Below, piece after piece: positions 39,275 to 49,474 of a stretch of 58,766 nucleotides of DNA (position 1 is its first letter; every line of letters starts with the position of its first letter). The position numbers were made by a program, and so were the translations under genes. The notes beneath the pieces are model-generated. The model worked only from the letters and a program-made list of their open reading frames with translations. It ran no database searches and was not told where the DNA came from. The DNA comes from Lachnospiraceae bacterium (GTDB lineage: Bacteria > Bacteroidota > Bacteroidia > Bacteroidales > Bacteroidaceae): the NCBI GenBank assembly GCA_963657465.1, contig CAVKNU010000001.1, positions 1 to 58,766 on the forward strand, written 5' to 3'.

Positions 39275-40557
39275 TCTTTTACCTCCTTTACTCTTAATCG
39301 CATGGCATTGGCATGAGCCTCCAGTTGTTCATTCTCAGCCATAGTCACCACAGCATCACCTATGCTACGAATACCATCCTCAGAAAGATGTTGAAAAGTG
39401 ATTTTGCGATTGTAACTATCTAGGTTCACACCGTTATAAGCCAAAGCGTATCCATGTGTAGGCAAGGTATGGTTGGTGCCACTGGCATAATCACCAGCAC
39501 TCTCACAAGCATAGTTACCCAAGAACACACTACCCGCATTCACTACTTTCTGCGCCAACTCGTCATAATTACTCGTGGCTATAATCAAATGTTCAGGGGC
39601 ATATGTGTTAGAGAGCTGCATAGCCTCGTCGTTATCCTTCACTAGAATGAACTTTGAATTATCCAAAGACTTCTGCGCTAACTCTTTACGTGGTAGGCGG
39701 TCCAATTGAACTTCAACCTCCTCCTGTACCTTTCCAAGCATATTTTCACTCGTAGTGATGAAAAACACCTGCGAATCGGCACCATGCTCGGCTTGCGACA
39801 ACAAATCTGCAGCCACAAACTGAGGCTTACTCGTTTCATCTGCGATGACACACACTTCAGATGGACCTGCAGGCATGTCTATTGCCACATCATGAAGCGA
39901 CACATGTTGCTTGGCAGCCATCACATACTGATTGCCAGGACCAAAAATCTTATACACCTTAGGCACGCTCTCCGTTCCATAAGCCATTGCACCAATGGCT
40001 TGCACACCACCAGCCTTGAATATCTTGCTAACACCAGCAATCTTAGCAGCCATGAGGATAGCAGGATTCACCTTACCCTCACGATTAGGAGGAGTACAGA
40101 GCACTATCTCCTGACAACCAGCAATCTTGGCTGGAGTTGCAAGCATCAAAACGGTAGAGAACAAAGGAGCCGTACCACCAGGAATATAAAGTCCCACCTT
40201 CTCGATGGCAACACTTTTCTGCCAGCAGGTAACCCCCTTGCAGGTATTCACCTTCTCGCCTTCAAACTTTTGGCTCTGATGGAATGTGGCAATATTATGA
40301 TGGGCAAGTTTCAAAGCTTCCTTCAGTTCATGAGAGACCAAGTCTTCCGCCTCCTCGATTTCGTCCTCGGTCACAGCCAAGGACTCGAGATGGGCATGAT
40401 CGAACTTTTCCTCGTAACGCTTCACGGCTTCATCGCCACCATTCTTCACATCGTCGAGAACCCCCTCCACCGTAGCATTCAGCTGCGACACATCCAGATG
40501 AGGGCGCTTCACAATCTCGCTCCATTCTTCCTTTGCAGGATACTTTATTACCTTCAT
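39271..40557 (-). CDS. hisD: Histidinol dehydrogenase
   Basis: [27 protein letters not shown] and [13 protein letters not shown] motifs. Confidence 0.97.
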   Translation of the reverse strand: MKVIKYPAKEEWSEIVKRPHLDVSQLNATVEGVLDDVKNGGDEAVKRYEEKFDHAHLESLAVTEDEIEEAEDLVSHELKEALKLAHHNIATFHQSQKFEGEKVNTCKGVTCWQKSVAIEKVGLYIPGGTAPLFSTVLMLATPAKIAGCQEIVLCTPPNREGKVNPAILMAAKIAGVSKIFKAGGVQAIGAMAYGTESVPKVYKIFGPGNQYVMAAKQHVSLHDVAIDMPAGPSEVCVIADETSKPQFVAADLLSQAEHGADSQVFFITTSENMLGKVQEEVEVQLDRLPRKELAQKSLDNSKFILVKDNDEAMQLSNTYAPEHLIIATSNYDELAQKVVNAGSVFLGNYACESAGDYASGTNHTLPTHGYALAYNGVNLDSYNRKITFQHLSEDGIRSIGDAVVTMAENEQLEAHANAMRLRVKEVKE

Positions 40558-40628
40558 TCCAAATTTATTTTATAATTTATAATCAATAATGTATAATTCA
40601 GACATCCTTCTAATTATACATTTATTTA

Positions 40629-41480
40629 TTACAATATCATCTTCTCAATAGGTGTCACGAGAATACCCTGGGCACCCAACTCCTTCAACTTGCCAATGAT
40701 TTCCCAAAAGCGTTTTTCATCAAGCACTGTATGGATAGAGCACCAAGCATCATCTGCCAAAGGAATAACCGTAGGACTCTTGATACCTGGCAACACCTTG
40801 ATTATTTCCTCTACCTTGTCCTTAGGGGCATTCATCATCACATACTTTTTATCTTGGGCAGAGCGCACGGCCTCAAAGCGGAAGAGCATCTCGTTGAGAA
40901 TTTGATGTTTATGCTCATCCATATTCCAATTGCCAATAAGCAAGGCCTCGCTTTTCATCACGACCTCCACTTCTGCCAAGTTGTTGCTGACCAAAGTAGA
41001 ACCCGAGCTAACGATGTCGAAGATGCCATCCGCCAAACCAATCCCCGGACTAATCTCCACACTACCTGTTATCACATGCACATCGGCATTGATACCATTT
41101 TTCTTTAAAAAATTACGAAGAATGTTAGGATAAGAGGTAGCTACCTTCTTGCCATTAAACCACTGCAAGCCAGGATAGTCGATTTTCTTAGGAATGGCCA
41201 AGCTCAAACGGCACTTACTAAAACCAAGACGATCTATAATCTGAGCATTCTCGCCACGCTCCACAAATTCATTTTCACCTACAATACCGATATCTGCCAC
41301 ACCAGAGGCTACGCTCTGAGGAATATCGTCATCTCTAAGGTAAAGCACCTCCAGGGGAAAATTACTTGACTGTACCAATAGTGTACGCTTAGACGCACTA
41401 ACCTTGATGTCTGCTTCTGAGAGTAAATTCATGGTGTCATCGAAAAGACGACCCTTTGATTGAACTGCTATTCGTAACAT
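40629..41480 (-). CDS. hisG: ATP phosphoribosyltransferase (long form)
   Basis: IAVQSKGRL, RDDDIP, ATSYP, GSVE and DIVSSGSTL motifs. Confidence 0.97.
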   Translation of the reverse strand: MLRIAVQSKGRLFDDTMNLLSEADIKVSASKRTLLVQSSNFPLEVLYLRDDDIPQSVASGVADIGIVGENEFVERGENAQIIDRLGFSKCRLSLAIPKKIDYPGLQWFNGKKVATSYPNILRNFLKKNGINADVHVITGSVEISPGIGLADGIFDIVSSGSTLVSNNLAEVEVVMKSEALLIGNWNMDEHKHQILNEMLFRFEAVRSAQDKKYVMMNAPKDKVEEIIKVLPGIKSPTVIPLADDAWCSIHTVLDEKRFWEIIGKLKELGAQGILVTPIEKMIL

Positions 41481-41567
41481 ATTACTTTATTTTGTTTAAA
41501 AAACATTGCAAAAGTAGTTATTTTTGTTTGAATGTGCAAGTATTTTTGTACTTTTGTGCCCGGAATC

Positions 41568-42815
41568 ATGAATAAAGTATATTTATTGGCGTTATTTGCA
41601 TTTCTTGCAATAACAAGCTGCTCGGAGAAAAAGCAGCAAGAACTCACACCATGGGGAACTCCCATTGGTGATGTAGAAGGAATGGGAGAAGAGAATGATA
41701 GTAGCGAGACCCTTGTCAACAAGAACAAAGGTTTCTCGCTCAATGACATCGTTGACAATGGTGAGATGATCATGCTCACCGTCAACGGTCCGACCACCTA
41801 TTATGATTATCACAACCATGGCATGGGCTTGCAATACTTACTCTGTGAGAAATTTGCCCAACAGATAGGCGTATCTTTGCGCGTAGAAGAATGCAAAGAT
41901 ACGGCAGAGATGGTGAAAAAATTAGAAAAGGGCGAAGGCGATATCATTGCCGTACCTTTGCCTCGCAAAACCACAAAAGGGAAATTGCTCTTCTGCGGAG
42001 TCACTCCAGATAGCACCAAGACTCAATGGGCTGTCATCAAAGGAAACAAGAGCCTTGCCGACACTCTTAACCATTGGTTTCGCCCAGAAATGATTGCACA
42101 GACAAGACAAGAAGAGTCTTTTCTGCTTTCCTCTCGAAGCATTCGCAGACATGTATATTCTCCTTTCCTCAACCGAGCGAAAGGTGAGATTTCCAAATAC
42201 GACCGTTATTTCCAAATGTATTCGGGCACTGCACGTATGGATTGGCGTCTCATGGCTGCCCAATGTTATCAGGAAAGTTGCTTCGACCCGAATGCCAAGT
42301 CATGGGCAGGCGCTTGCGGTCTGATGCAGATTATGCCGTCCACCGCTGACCATCTAGGACTCCCGATGAGCATGATACACGAGCCTGAAGCCAACATCGC
42401 AGCTGCCGCCAGATACATGTCTGAACTACAAGGTCATTTCGCAGACGTGGGTGACCCAGGGCAGCGCATACTCTTCGCCCTAGCTGCCTACAACGGAGGC
42501 TTCCACCATATACGAGACGCCATGACTTTGACTCGTAAACATGGAGGAAATCCTCACAACTGGGGCGACGTGAAAGAGTACGTTTTACGACTGTCACAAG
42601 GTGCTTTCTACAATGATCCTGACGTGAAGTATGGCTACATGCGCGGTTCTGAGACTGCCGACTATGTGGATCGCATCCGTGCTCGTTGGGCAGATTACTC
42701 AGGTGGAAGAGTACCTGCACGCAGCTATGGAGGTAGTGGAGAATTTGGTGGAGGAAGTTTTCACGGAGCCCCAATGAAATCAAAACGCAAGTATCAGTCT
42801 AAGTATCACATTTAG
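41568..42815 (+). CDS. MltF-like lytic transglycosylase lipoprotein (SLT domain)
   Basis: Lipobox ITSC; QES, GACGLMQIMP and ALAAYNGG motifs; start taken as the ATG after TACTTTTG (41549-41556). Confidence 0.88.
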   Translation: MNKVYLLALFAFLAITSCSEKKQQELTPWGTPIGDVEGMGEENDSSETLVNKNKGFSLNDIVDNGEMIMLTVNGPTTYYDYHNHGMGLQYLLCEKFAQQIGVSLRVEECKDTAEMVKKLEKGEGDIIAVPLPRKTTKGKLLFCGVTPDSTKTQWAVIKGNKSLADTLNHWFRPEMIAQTRQEESFLLSSRSIRRHVYSPFLNRAKGEISKYDRYFQMYSGTARMDWRLMAAQCYQESCFDPNAKSWAGACGLMQIMPSTADHLGLPMSMIHEPEANIAAAARYMSELQGHFADVGDPGQRILFALAAYNGGFHHIRDAMTLTRKHGGNPHNWGDVKEYVLRLSQGAFYNDPDVKYGYMRGSETADYVDRIRARWADYSGGRVPARSYGGSGEFGGGSFHGAPMKSKRKYQSKYHI

Positions 42816-42941
42816 CATCAGACTGTATGCTAGCATGCGATTCTTTCGATATTCCGTACAAAAAAACTGCATATCGAACACATTATATCAGTTTTTTATC
42901 GTACCTTTGCAACATCTTATATAATAACAAGAAATATTTTT

Positions 42942-45900
42942 ATGAAGAAACAACTCTTGTCTGCAGCCTTATTAGCTGTAACACTAGCGTCAAATGCGCA
43001 ACAGCATCCACTTTGGATGCGCTATCCTGCCATTTCGCCGGATGGCACCACCATCGCCTTTGCCTACAAGGGCGACTTGTACAGCGTTCCTGTTCAAGGT
43101 GGAGAAGCTCGCCAGCTCACCACCAACGCTGCTTACGACTCACAGCCAGTATGGAGCCCAGACAGCAAACACATTGCCTTCACTTCCGACCGTGAAGGCA
43201 GTCTCGACGTCTATGTTATCGACGCAAAGGGCGGCGCGCCTACCCGCCTCACCACCAATAGTGGCAAAGAAACTCCTATTGCCTTCAAAGATGCCAACAC
43301 CGTGCTCTTCTCTAGCAGCTTGATGCCTACGGCACAATCTATCATCTTTGCCAGCAACCAGTTTCCACAGGTTTACGAGGTTAGCATCCAAGGTGGACGT
43401 CCTAAGCTCTACTCTACTCTCACGATGGAAAACATCAGCATCAACAAGAATGGCGATGTGCTCTATCACGACCAAAAGGGATATGAAGACCCATGGCGCA
43501 AGCATCACCAGTCACCAATCACTCGCGACATTTGGATGCTCAGTGCAGGAAAATATAAAAAGATAACAAACTTTAAGGGTGAAGACCGTTGTCCGGTATG
43601 GGCTGCCGACCAGCAGTCGTTCTATTACCTGAGCGAACAAGACGGTACATTCAACATTTATCATCGCAGCCTCGCTTCTAACAGCGACAAACAAATTACT
43701 CAATACAAGAAGAACCCTGTGAGATTCCTCACCTCTTCTAACAATGGATTGCTCTGCTACGGTTACGATGGTGAGATTTACACTGTCAAAGAAGGTTCAC
43801 AACCTGAAAAAATCAACATATCAATCACCACCGACAACGACTCTCCTAGCTTAGTAAGAAGCATACGCTCACGGGGAGCTAGTGAAATAGCCCTCTCACC
43901 AGACGGTAAGGAAGTGGCTTTCGTGATGCATGGTGATGTGTATGTGACTTCCACACAGTATAATACAACCAAGCGTATCACAGACACACCAGAGCAAGAG
44001 CGCAACGTTAGCTTCTCGCCTGATGGAAGAAGTCTTGTCTATGCCTCAGAACGCAATGGTGCTTGGCAGATTTATACAGCTAAGATAAAGAATGCCAACG
44101 AGAAGCAATTCACATACTGCACCGACATCGAGGAAGAGCAAATTGTAAAGACGGGTGCCACGTCTCAATACCCAGCCTTCAGTCCTAACGGTAAGGAAGT
44201 GGCTTATTATGAAGATCGTGCCACCTTGCGCATCGTGAACTTGAAGACCAAGGACATTCGCACTGTGCTCGATGGCAAGTACAACTATTCTTATAGTGAT
44301 GGTGACATTTGGTTTGAATGGAGCCCAGACAGCAAATGGCTACTCACTAGCTACATCGGAACTGGCGGATGGAACAATTCCGACATTGCCCTCGTAAAGG
44401 CAGACGGCAAAGAAGTACACAACCTGACCAACAGTGGTTACAGCGACGGAAATGGCAAATGGGTGCTCGACGGAAAAGCAATGCTCTTCGAGAGCGATCG
44501 TGCGGGATATCGCAGCCACGGTAGTTGGGGAGCAGAGACTGACGCTTATTTGATGTTCTTCGATCTCGACGCCTACAACCGCTTCCGTATGTCGAAAGAG
44601 GAACTGGAACTTGCCGAGGCAAACAAGGATGTGAAAGAAAAGAAGGAAGACGAGAAGAAAGAGGAACAGAAGAAGAAAGCCGACAAGAAAGCCGCCGAAA
44701 CAGGCAAGGTGGAAGTAGAGAAAGTAAAGGCTCTTGACCTCGACATAGAGAACTGTCGCGACCGCGTGGTTCGTCTTACGGTCAATTCTTCCAAAATGAA
44801 TGACATGATTCTCTCCAAGGATGGCAGCAAGCTCTACTATCAAGCAGCGTTCGAGGGTGACTATGACCTATGGCGCCACGACTTGAAAGAAGGCAGAACC
44901 GAACTGATACTAAAGGGTATCGGCCGTGGTGGTTTCGTTGCTGACAAGGACGTGAAGAATATTTATCTCTGTAATGGAAGTGGTATCAAAAAAGTGGAAT
45001 TGGGCACCAAGAGTGTGAAGTCAGTCAACTTCGAGGCTCCATTCAACTACAAGCCTGCAGAAGAACGTCAATACCTCTTCGACCATGTATGGCGACAGGT
45101 GGCAGACAAGTTCTACGATCCAAACATACAGGGAGTAGACTGGAAATACTACCGCACCACATACGAGAAGTTCTTGCCTTACATCGACAACAACTACGAC
45201 TTTGCAGAAATGTTGAGTGAGATGTTGGGTGAATTGAATGCTTCCCACACAGGTTGCCGTTACTATGTTTCAGGCGCATCTATGCAAACCGCATCTCTCG
45301 GTGTATTCTTCGACCCAACCTATGAAGGTGATGGCCTCAAGATTCAGGAAGTCATCAAGCGCGGTCCTTTCGCAGTGAAAAAGACCGACGTGACGGCAGG
45401 TTGCATCATCGAGAAAATTGACGGCACCCCTATCAAGGCTGGCATGGATTACAACTCACTCTTGGATGGCAAGGCTGGTAAATCCGTACGCCTTGACATG
45501 AAGAGTGCCAAGGGCAAGCATTTCGAAGTTACTGTCAAAGCCATATCCCAAAGCACATTGACCGAACTTCTCTACAAGAGATGGGTTGACAGAAATCGTG
45601 CTTACGTAGATAGCATTTCCAACGGTCGCATAGCTTACGTTCACGTGAAAGCCATGGACAGCAAGAGCTTCCGCACCGTTTATAGCGAACTCTTGAGCGA
45701 CAAGAACCGCAATCGTGACGCAGTGATTGTGGATGAGCGTCACAATGGTGGCGGTTGGTTGCACGATGATCTTTGCACCTTGCTCAACGGAAAGAAGTAC
45801 CAAGAATTCGTACCTCATGGCAAATATGTAGGTAGCGATCCTTTCAACAAGTGGACAAAACCTTCATGTGTCATGATTTGCGAAGACGATTACAGCAATG

Positions 45901-46175
45901 GTCATGGATTCCCGTGGGTATATAAAGAGCTCGGCATCGGTAAGCTGATAGGAACTCCTGTGGCAGGCACCATGACTGCCGTATGGTGGGAAACATTAAT
46001 GGACAACAGTTTGGTATTCGGTATTCCACAAGTAGGTTGCCGCGACTTACGTGGCACCTTTGGCGAGAACACCACATTGAATCCAGACGTTGAGATTTAC
46101 AACTCTCCTGAAGACTACATCAACGGACACGACACCCAGTTGGAACGTGCCGTCAAAGAAATGATGAACAAATAA
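42942..46175 (+). CDS. S41-family tricorn-like protease (PD40 propellers, PDZ)
   Basis: Repeated SPDG propeller motifs; GELNASH, IVDERHNGGG and YSNGH motifs. Confidence 0.92.
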   Translation: MKKQLLSAALLAVTLASNAQQHPLWMRYPAISPDGTTIAFAYKGDLYSVPVQGGEARQLTTNAAYDSQPVWSPDSKHIAFTSDREGSLDVYVIDAKGGAPTRLTTNSGKETPIAFKDANTVLFSSSLMPTAQSIIFASNQFPQVYEVSIQGGRPKLYSTLTMENISINKNGDVLYHDQKGYEDPWRKHHQSPITRDIWMLSAGKYKKITNFKGEDRCPVWAADQQSFYYLSEQDGTFNIYHRSLASNSDKQITQYKKNPVRFLTSSNNGLLCYGYDGEIYTVKEGSQPEKINISITTDNDSPSLVRSIRSRGASEIALSPDGKEVAFVMHGDVYVTSTQYNTTKRITDTPEQERNVSFSPDGRSLVYASERNGAWQIYTAKIKNANEKQFTYCTDIEEEQIVKTGATSQYPAFSPNGKEVAYYEDRATLRIVNLKTKDIRTVLDGKYNYSYSDGDIWFEWSPDSKWLLTSYIGTGGWNNSDIALVKADGKEVHNLTNSGYSDGNGKWVLDGKAMLFESDRAGYRSHGSWGAETDAYLMFFDLDAYNRFRMSKEELELAEANKDVKEKKEDEKKEEQKKKADKKAAETGKVEVEKVKALDLDIENCRDRVVRLTVNSSKMNDMILSKDGSKLYYQAAFEGDYDLWRHDLKEGRTELILKGIGRGGFVADKDVKNIYLCNGSGIKKVELGTKSVKSVNFEAPFNYKPAEERQYLFDHVWRQVADKFYDPNIQGVDWKYYRTTYEKFLPYIDNNYDFAEMLSEMLGELNASHTGCRYYVSGASMQTASLGVFFDPTYEGDGLKIQEVIKRGPFAVKKTDVTAGCIIEKIDGTPIKAGMDYNSLLDGKAGKSVRLDMKSAKGKHFEVTVKAISQSTLTELLYKRWVDRNRAYVDSISNGRIAYVHVKAMDSKSFRTVYSELLSDKNRNRDAVIVDERHNGGGWLHDDLCTLLNGKKYQEFVPHGKYVGSDPFNKWTKPSCVMICEDDYSNGHGFPWVYKELGIGKLIGTPVAGTMTAVWWETLMDNSLVFGIPQVGCRDLRGTFGENTTLNPDVEIYNSPEDYINGHDTQLERAVKEMMNK

Positions 46176-46179
46176 ACGA

Positions 46180-46219
46180 AAAAGCTCGCAAGATTTAAAA
46201 TCAAACTTGCGAGCTTTTT
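46180..46219. terminator. Bidirectional terminator
   Basis: aaaagctcgcaag...cttgcgagctttt. Confidence 0.8.
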
Positions 46220-46253
46220 ATATTTCTAATCTTTCAGAATAAGAGTTTCACCT

Positions 46254-46541
46254 TTATTTCAACAGGGTAACTACACCTTCTGCAATATCCACGACTTTCT
46301 TTCTCCGTGCCACACCTATTATATAATGTGCCTCCTTGGAGGAACAATGAAAATACTTTTTGACTGCCTTGACAAGCATTTCTTTCTGGACAGAACTCAC
46401 ACCCTCTTGATAAGCACTCTGCACAGCCTTCTCGATATCAACCATCTTATATTCAAGATGACGCTTGTGAAGATACGAAAATGCGACAATGCCAAAAACG
46501 ACAACCAATACGACAGCGATAGAAATTACAGTCTGGTTCAT
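46254..46541 (-). CDS. Hypothetical small protein with an N-terminal membrane anchor
   Basis: ATG start, one TM segment, TATATTTG box upstream (~46608-46615). Confidence 0.7.
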   Translation of the reverse strand: MNQTVISIAVVLVVVFGIVAFSYLHKRHLEYKMVDIEKAVQSAYQEGVSSVQKEMLVKAVKKYFHCSSKEAHYIIGVARRKKVVDIAEGVVTLLK

Positions 46542-46783
46542 GATATTAAAAGCTTTTAGTTATAAATTACATATTGTCTGCTAGAGAGGTTTTCTCTCCT
46601 TGCGCTGCAAATATAGTATTTTTTATCGAAACGAAAACGTTTTTACTATTTTTTTTTCAAATATTTCTCATTTTTTCTTGTTTTTCAAAAAAATATGCGT
46701 ACATTTGCACTCGTGCTGCATTCTCATAGAGGATTAAGTAGCGCAATTTGACATCAGTCGAACCCATCAAAAACATAAGTAAA

Positions 46784-48250
46784 ATGCAAGAAACCGTAAA
46801 GAAAGTTTTGAGCGGTGACTTTAACCGCAAAAAAGCGTTGATGTTTCTCATCACCGCTTTGCTCACCGTCATTGTATGGAATTTGCCCACCGACTGCTTC
46901 GGCATCGAGGGGTTGACCATCGTACAACAGCGTGTCATTGCCATCTTTGTCATGGCTGTGATGCTTTGGCTCACTGAGGCTATTCCGGCTTGGGCCACTT
47001 CAGTAGTTATTATTTTCGTGTTGCTATTCTTTGTCTCCGACTCCGCATTCAACATCATGCAAGGCTCCGAGGGCGAATATGGAAAGTTACTTGATTACCA
47101 AGGTGTTATGGCATGTTTTGCCGATCCTACAATTATTCTCTTCCTAGGCGGTTTCGTACTTGCGATAGCAGCCACCAAGAGTGGCCTTGACGTTTTGATG
47201 GCCAAGACGCTTATAGCTCCTTTCGGGAAGAAATCAGAAAATGTACTCTTGGGCTTTATGCTCATCACTGGCATCTTCTCCATGTTTATTTCCAACACTG
47301 CAACAGCGGCCATGATGCTCACTTTCCTCACTCCTGTATTCAAGGCACTCCCTGCAGGAGGAAAAGGACGAATAGCCCTTACCATGGCTATTCCTATCGG
47401 AGCCAACCTCGGCGGTATGGGAACTCCAATCGGAACCCCTCCTAACGCCTTCGCCTATAAGGTGCTCAATGACCCTAATGGCCTTAATCTTGGACTCAGC
47501 TTCGGCGATTGGATGATGGTTATGGCCCCTATGGTCATCTTGATGCTCCTCATTGCATGGTTCATCATCCGCAAAATGTTCCCATTCTCTCAGAAGACCA
47601 TAGAGATTCAGATAAAAGGTGATGTACAGCATAATTGGCGTACGCTCGTTGTGGCAGGCACTTTTATTCTCACTATTGTGTTATGGGTATGTGGTAAGCA
47701 ATTGGGCATAAATGCCAATACCGTAGCCATGCTTCCTATCGCTATATTTGCACTCACAGGAGTGGTTACCGCCGATGACCTCAAGGACATCGACTGGGCT
47801 GTTATCTGGATGGTGGCAGGTGGTTTCGCCCTAGGTTTGGCAATGAATGGTACAGGACTTGCCGAAAACGCCGTAAAGAGCATTCCTTTCAGCGATTTCA
47901 ATCCTATTGTCATCATGGTCGTTTCGGGCTTGGTATGCTTCGCACTCAGTAACTTCATTTCCAACACAGCTACAGCAGCCCTCCTCATCCCTATCCTTAC
48001 CGTTGTATGCGCAGGAATGGGAACAAGCCTTGACAGCATTGGTGGTACTTCTACTATCATTATTGGCGTAGCAGTAGCTGCCTCATGCGCCATGGCACTC
48101 CCTATCTCAACCCCTCCTAATGCCATCGCCTACTCCACAGGTCTCATCCAGCAGACAGATATGGTGAAAGCAGGTGTTACCATCGGTGCCATCAGCATGG
48201 TAATTGGCTACTTAGTCCTCATTACATTCTGTAAGTTAGGAGTTCTTTAA
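46784..48250 (+). CDS. SLC13/DASS-family anion permease
   Basis: Duplicated motifs ISNTATA and PIGTPPNA / PISTPPNA; ATG at 46784 preferred as start. Confidence 0.92.
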   Translation: MQETVKKVLSGDFNRKKALMFLITALLTVIVWNLPTDCFGIEGLTIVQQRVIAIFVMAVMLWLTEAIPAWATSVVIIFVLLFFVSDSAFNIMQGSEGEYGKLLDYQGVMACFADPTIILFLGGFVLAIAATKSGLDVLMAKTLIAPFGKKSENVLLGFMLITGIFSMFISNTATAAMMLTFLTPVFKALPAGGKGRIALTMAIPIGANLGGMGTPIGTPPNAFAYKVLNDPNGLNLGLSFGDWMMVMAPMVILMLLIAWFIIRKMFPFSQKTIEIQIKGDVQHNWRTLVVAGTFILTIVLWVCGKQLGINANTVAMLPIAIFALTGVVTADDLKDIDWAVIWMVAGGFALGLAMNGTGLAENAVKSIPFSDFNPIVIMVVSGLVCFALSNFISNTATAALLIPILTVVCAGMGTSLDSIGGTSTIIIGVAVAASCAMALPISTPPNAIAYSTGLIQQTDMVKAGVTIGAISMVIGYLVLITFCKLGVL

Positions 48251-48340
48251 TTTAAAAATTAAGAAGTATTAAATATTGGCACAGCTAAATAAACGATCAT
48301 TTATTTGGCAGTGTCTTTATTTTGCTGTAATTTTGCAGAC

Positions 48341-49171
48341 ATGAAAAAGATAGTCATAGGAATCGACGTTGGTATTTCCACCACAAAAATTGTGGGAATC
48401 GACGAGAAAGGGTTGGTATTAAGCCCTATACGCATCAAGGCAACAGACCCCATCACCTCTCTATATGGAGCTTTCGGCAAGTATCTGCACGACAATGGCA
48501 TCAAACTCGATGACGTGGAACACGTCATGCTCACAGGAGTAGGATCGGCCTACATCGACGAACCAATATACGGACTGCCAACCTCAAAGAGCGAAGAATT
48601 TATCGCTGACGGATTGGGGGCTAAATACGAGAGTAAACTAGAACGCATGATTGTGGTCAGCATGGGAACAGGAACTTCACTTGTAAAATGTGACGGCGAC
48701 CAAATCAAGCACATTGGCGGTATCGGCATTGGTGGAGGAACTTTGGCAGGATTGAGTCGCATCATGCTCAAGACAGATGACGTAAAGCAGATAGCCAATC
48801 TTGCCAAGGAAGGCGATGTGTCAAAAATCAACCTTCTCATTGGCGACATCAGCGCCAAGCCTCTTCCTGGATTACCAATGAATGCCGTAGCATCTCTTTT
48901 CAGCAATGCCAAAGCCAACGCATCAAGGGAAGATATTGCAAAAGGACTTATTTGGATGGTATTGCAGTGTATAGGCTCAGCGACTATTCTCTCTTCGTTG
49001 GAATCTGGCATCAAGGATTTTGTCCTAATAGGTAATCTCACCCTTCTTCCACAGTGCAAAGAAGTATTTCCTGCCATGGAAAAGCTTTACAATGTGAGAT
49101 TCCGTATTCCTAAATATTCGGAATTCTGCACCGCCATTGGTGCCGCTCTCGACTATAAGAGACATCAATAA
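48341..49171 (+). CDS. Type II pantothenate kinase (Fumble/ASKHA fold)
   Basis: IGIDVGISTTK, LTGVG, EF...G.G, VSMGTGTS, GIGGGT..GL and AIGA motifs. Confidence 0.85.
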   Translation: MKKIVIGIDVGISTTKIVGIDEKGLVLSPIRIKATDPITSLYGAFGKYLHDNGIKLDDVEHVMLTGVGSAYIDEPIYGLPTSKSEEFIADGLGAKYESKLERMIVVSMGTGTSLVKCDGDQIKHIGGIGIGGGTLAGLSRIMLKTDDVKQIANLAKEGDVSKINLLIGDISAKPLPGLPMNAVASLFSNAKANASREDIAKGLIWMVLQCIGSATILSSLESGIKDFVLIGNLTLLPQCKEVFPAMEKLYNVRFRIPKYSEFCTAIGAALDYKRHQ

Positions 49172-49244
49172 ATAGCTCGCACAAAAGCACATTTTTGGCT
49201 ACACAGCCACACAAATTGTGCAAATCACTGATAAATAGATAGTC

Positions 49245-49294
49245 AATCGTTTTGGAAAACTACAAACATACCAAGTTTTCCAAGGCGATTTTCT
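49245..49294 (+). terminator. Probable terminator after pantothenate kinase
   Basis: 17-bp arms aatcgttttggaaaact / agttttccaaggcgatt (two G:U pairs), followed by Ts. Confidence 0.55.
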
Positions 49295-49474
49295 ACACCC
49301 CTAATAATCAACGACTTAATATTTTTTAACACAAGAAAAGTTATCCAAAACAAACAACTTTAGATATATTTCATTATCTTTGCACTGTCTGAAACAAGGT
49401 AACTACGACTAACTTTAGACATAACTTTTTAGTAATAAGCATATTAAATAACAATCATAAAAGCAAACGTACAA

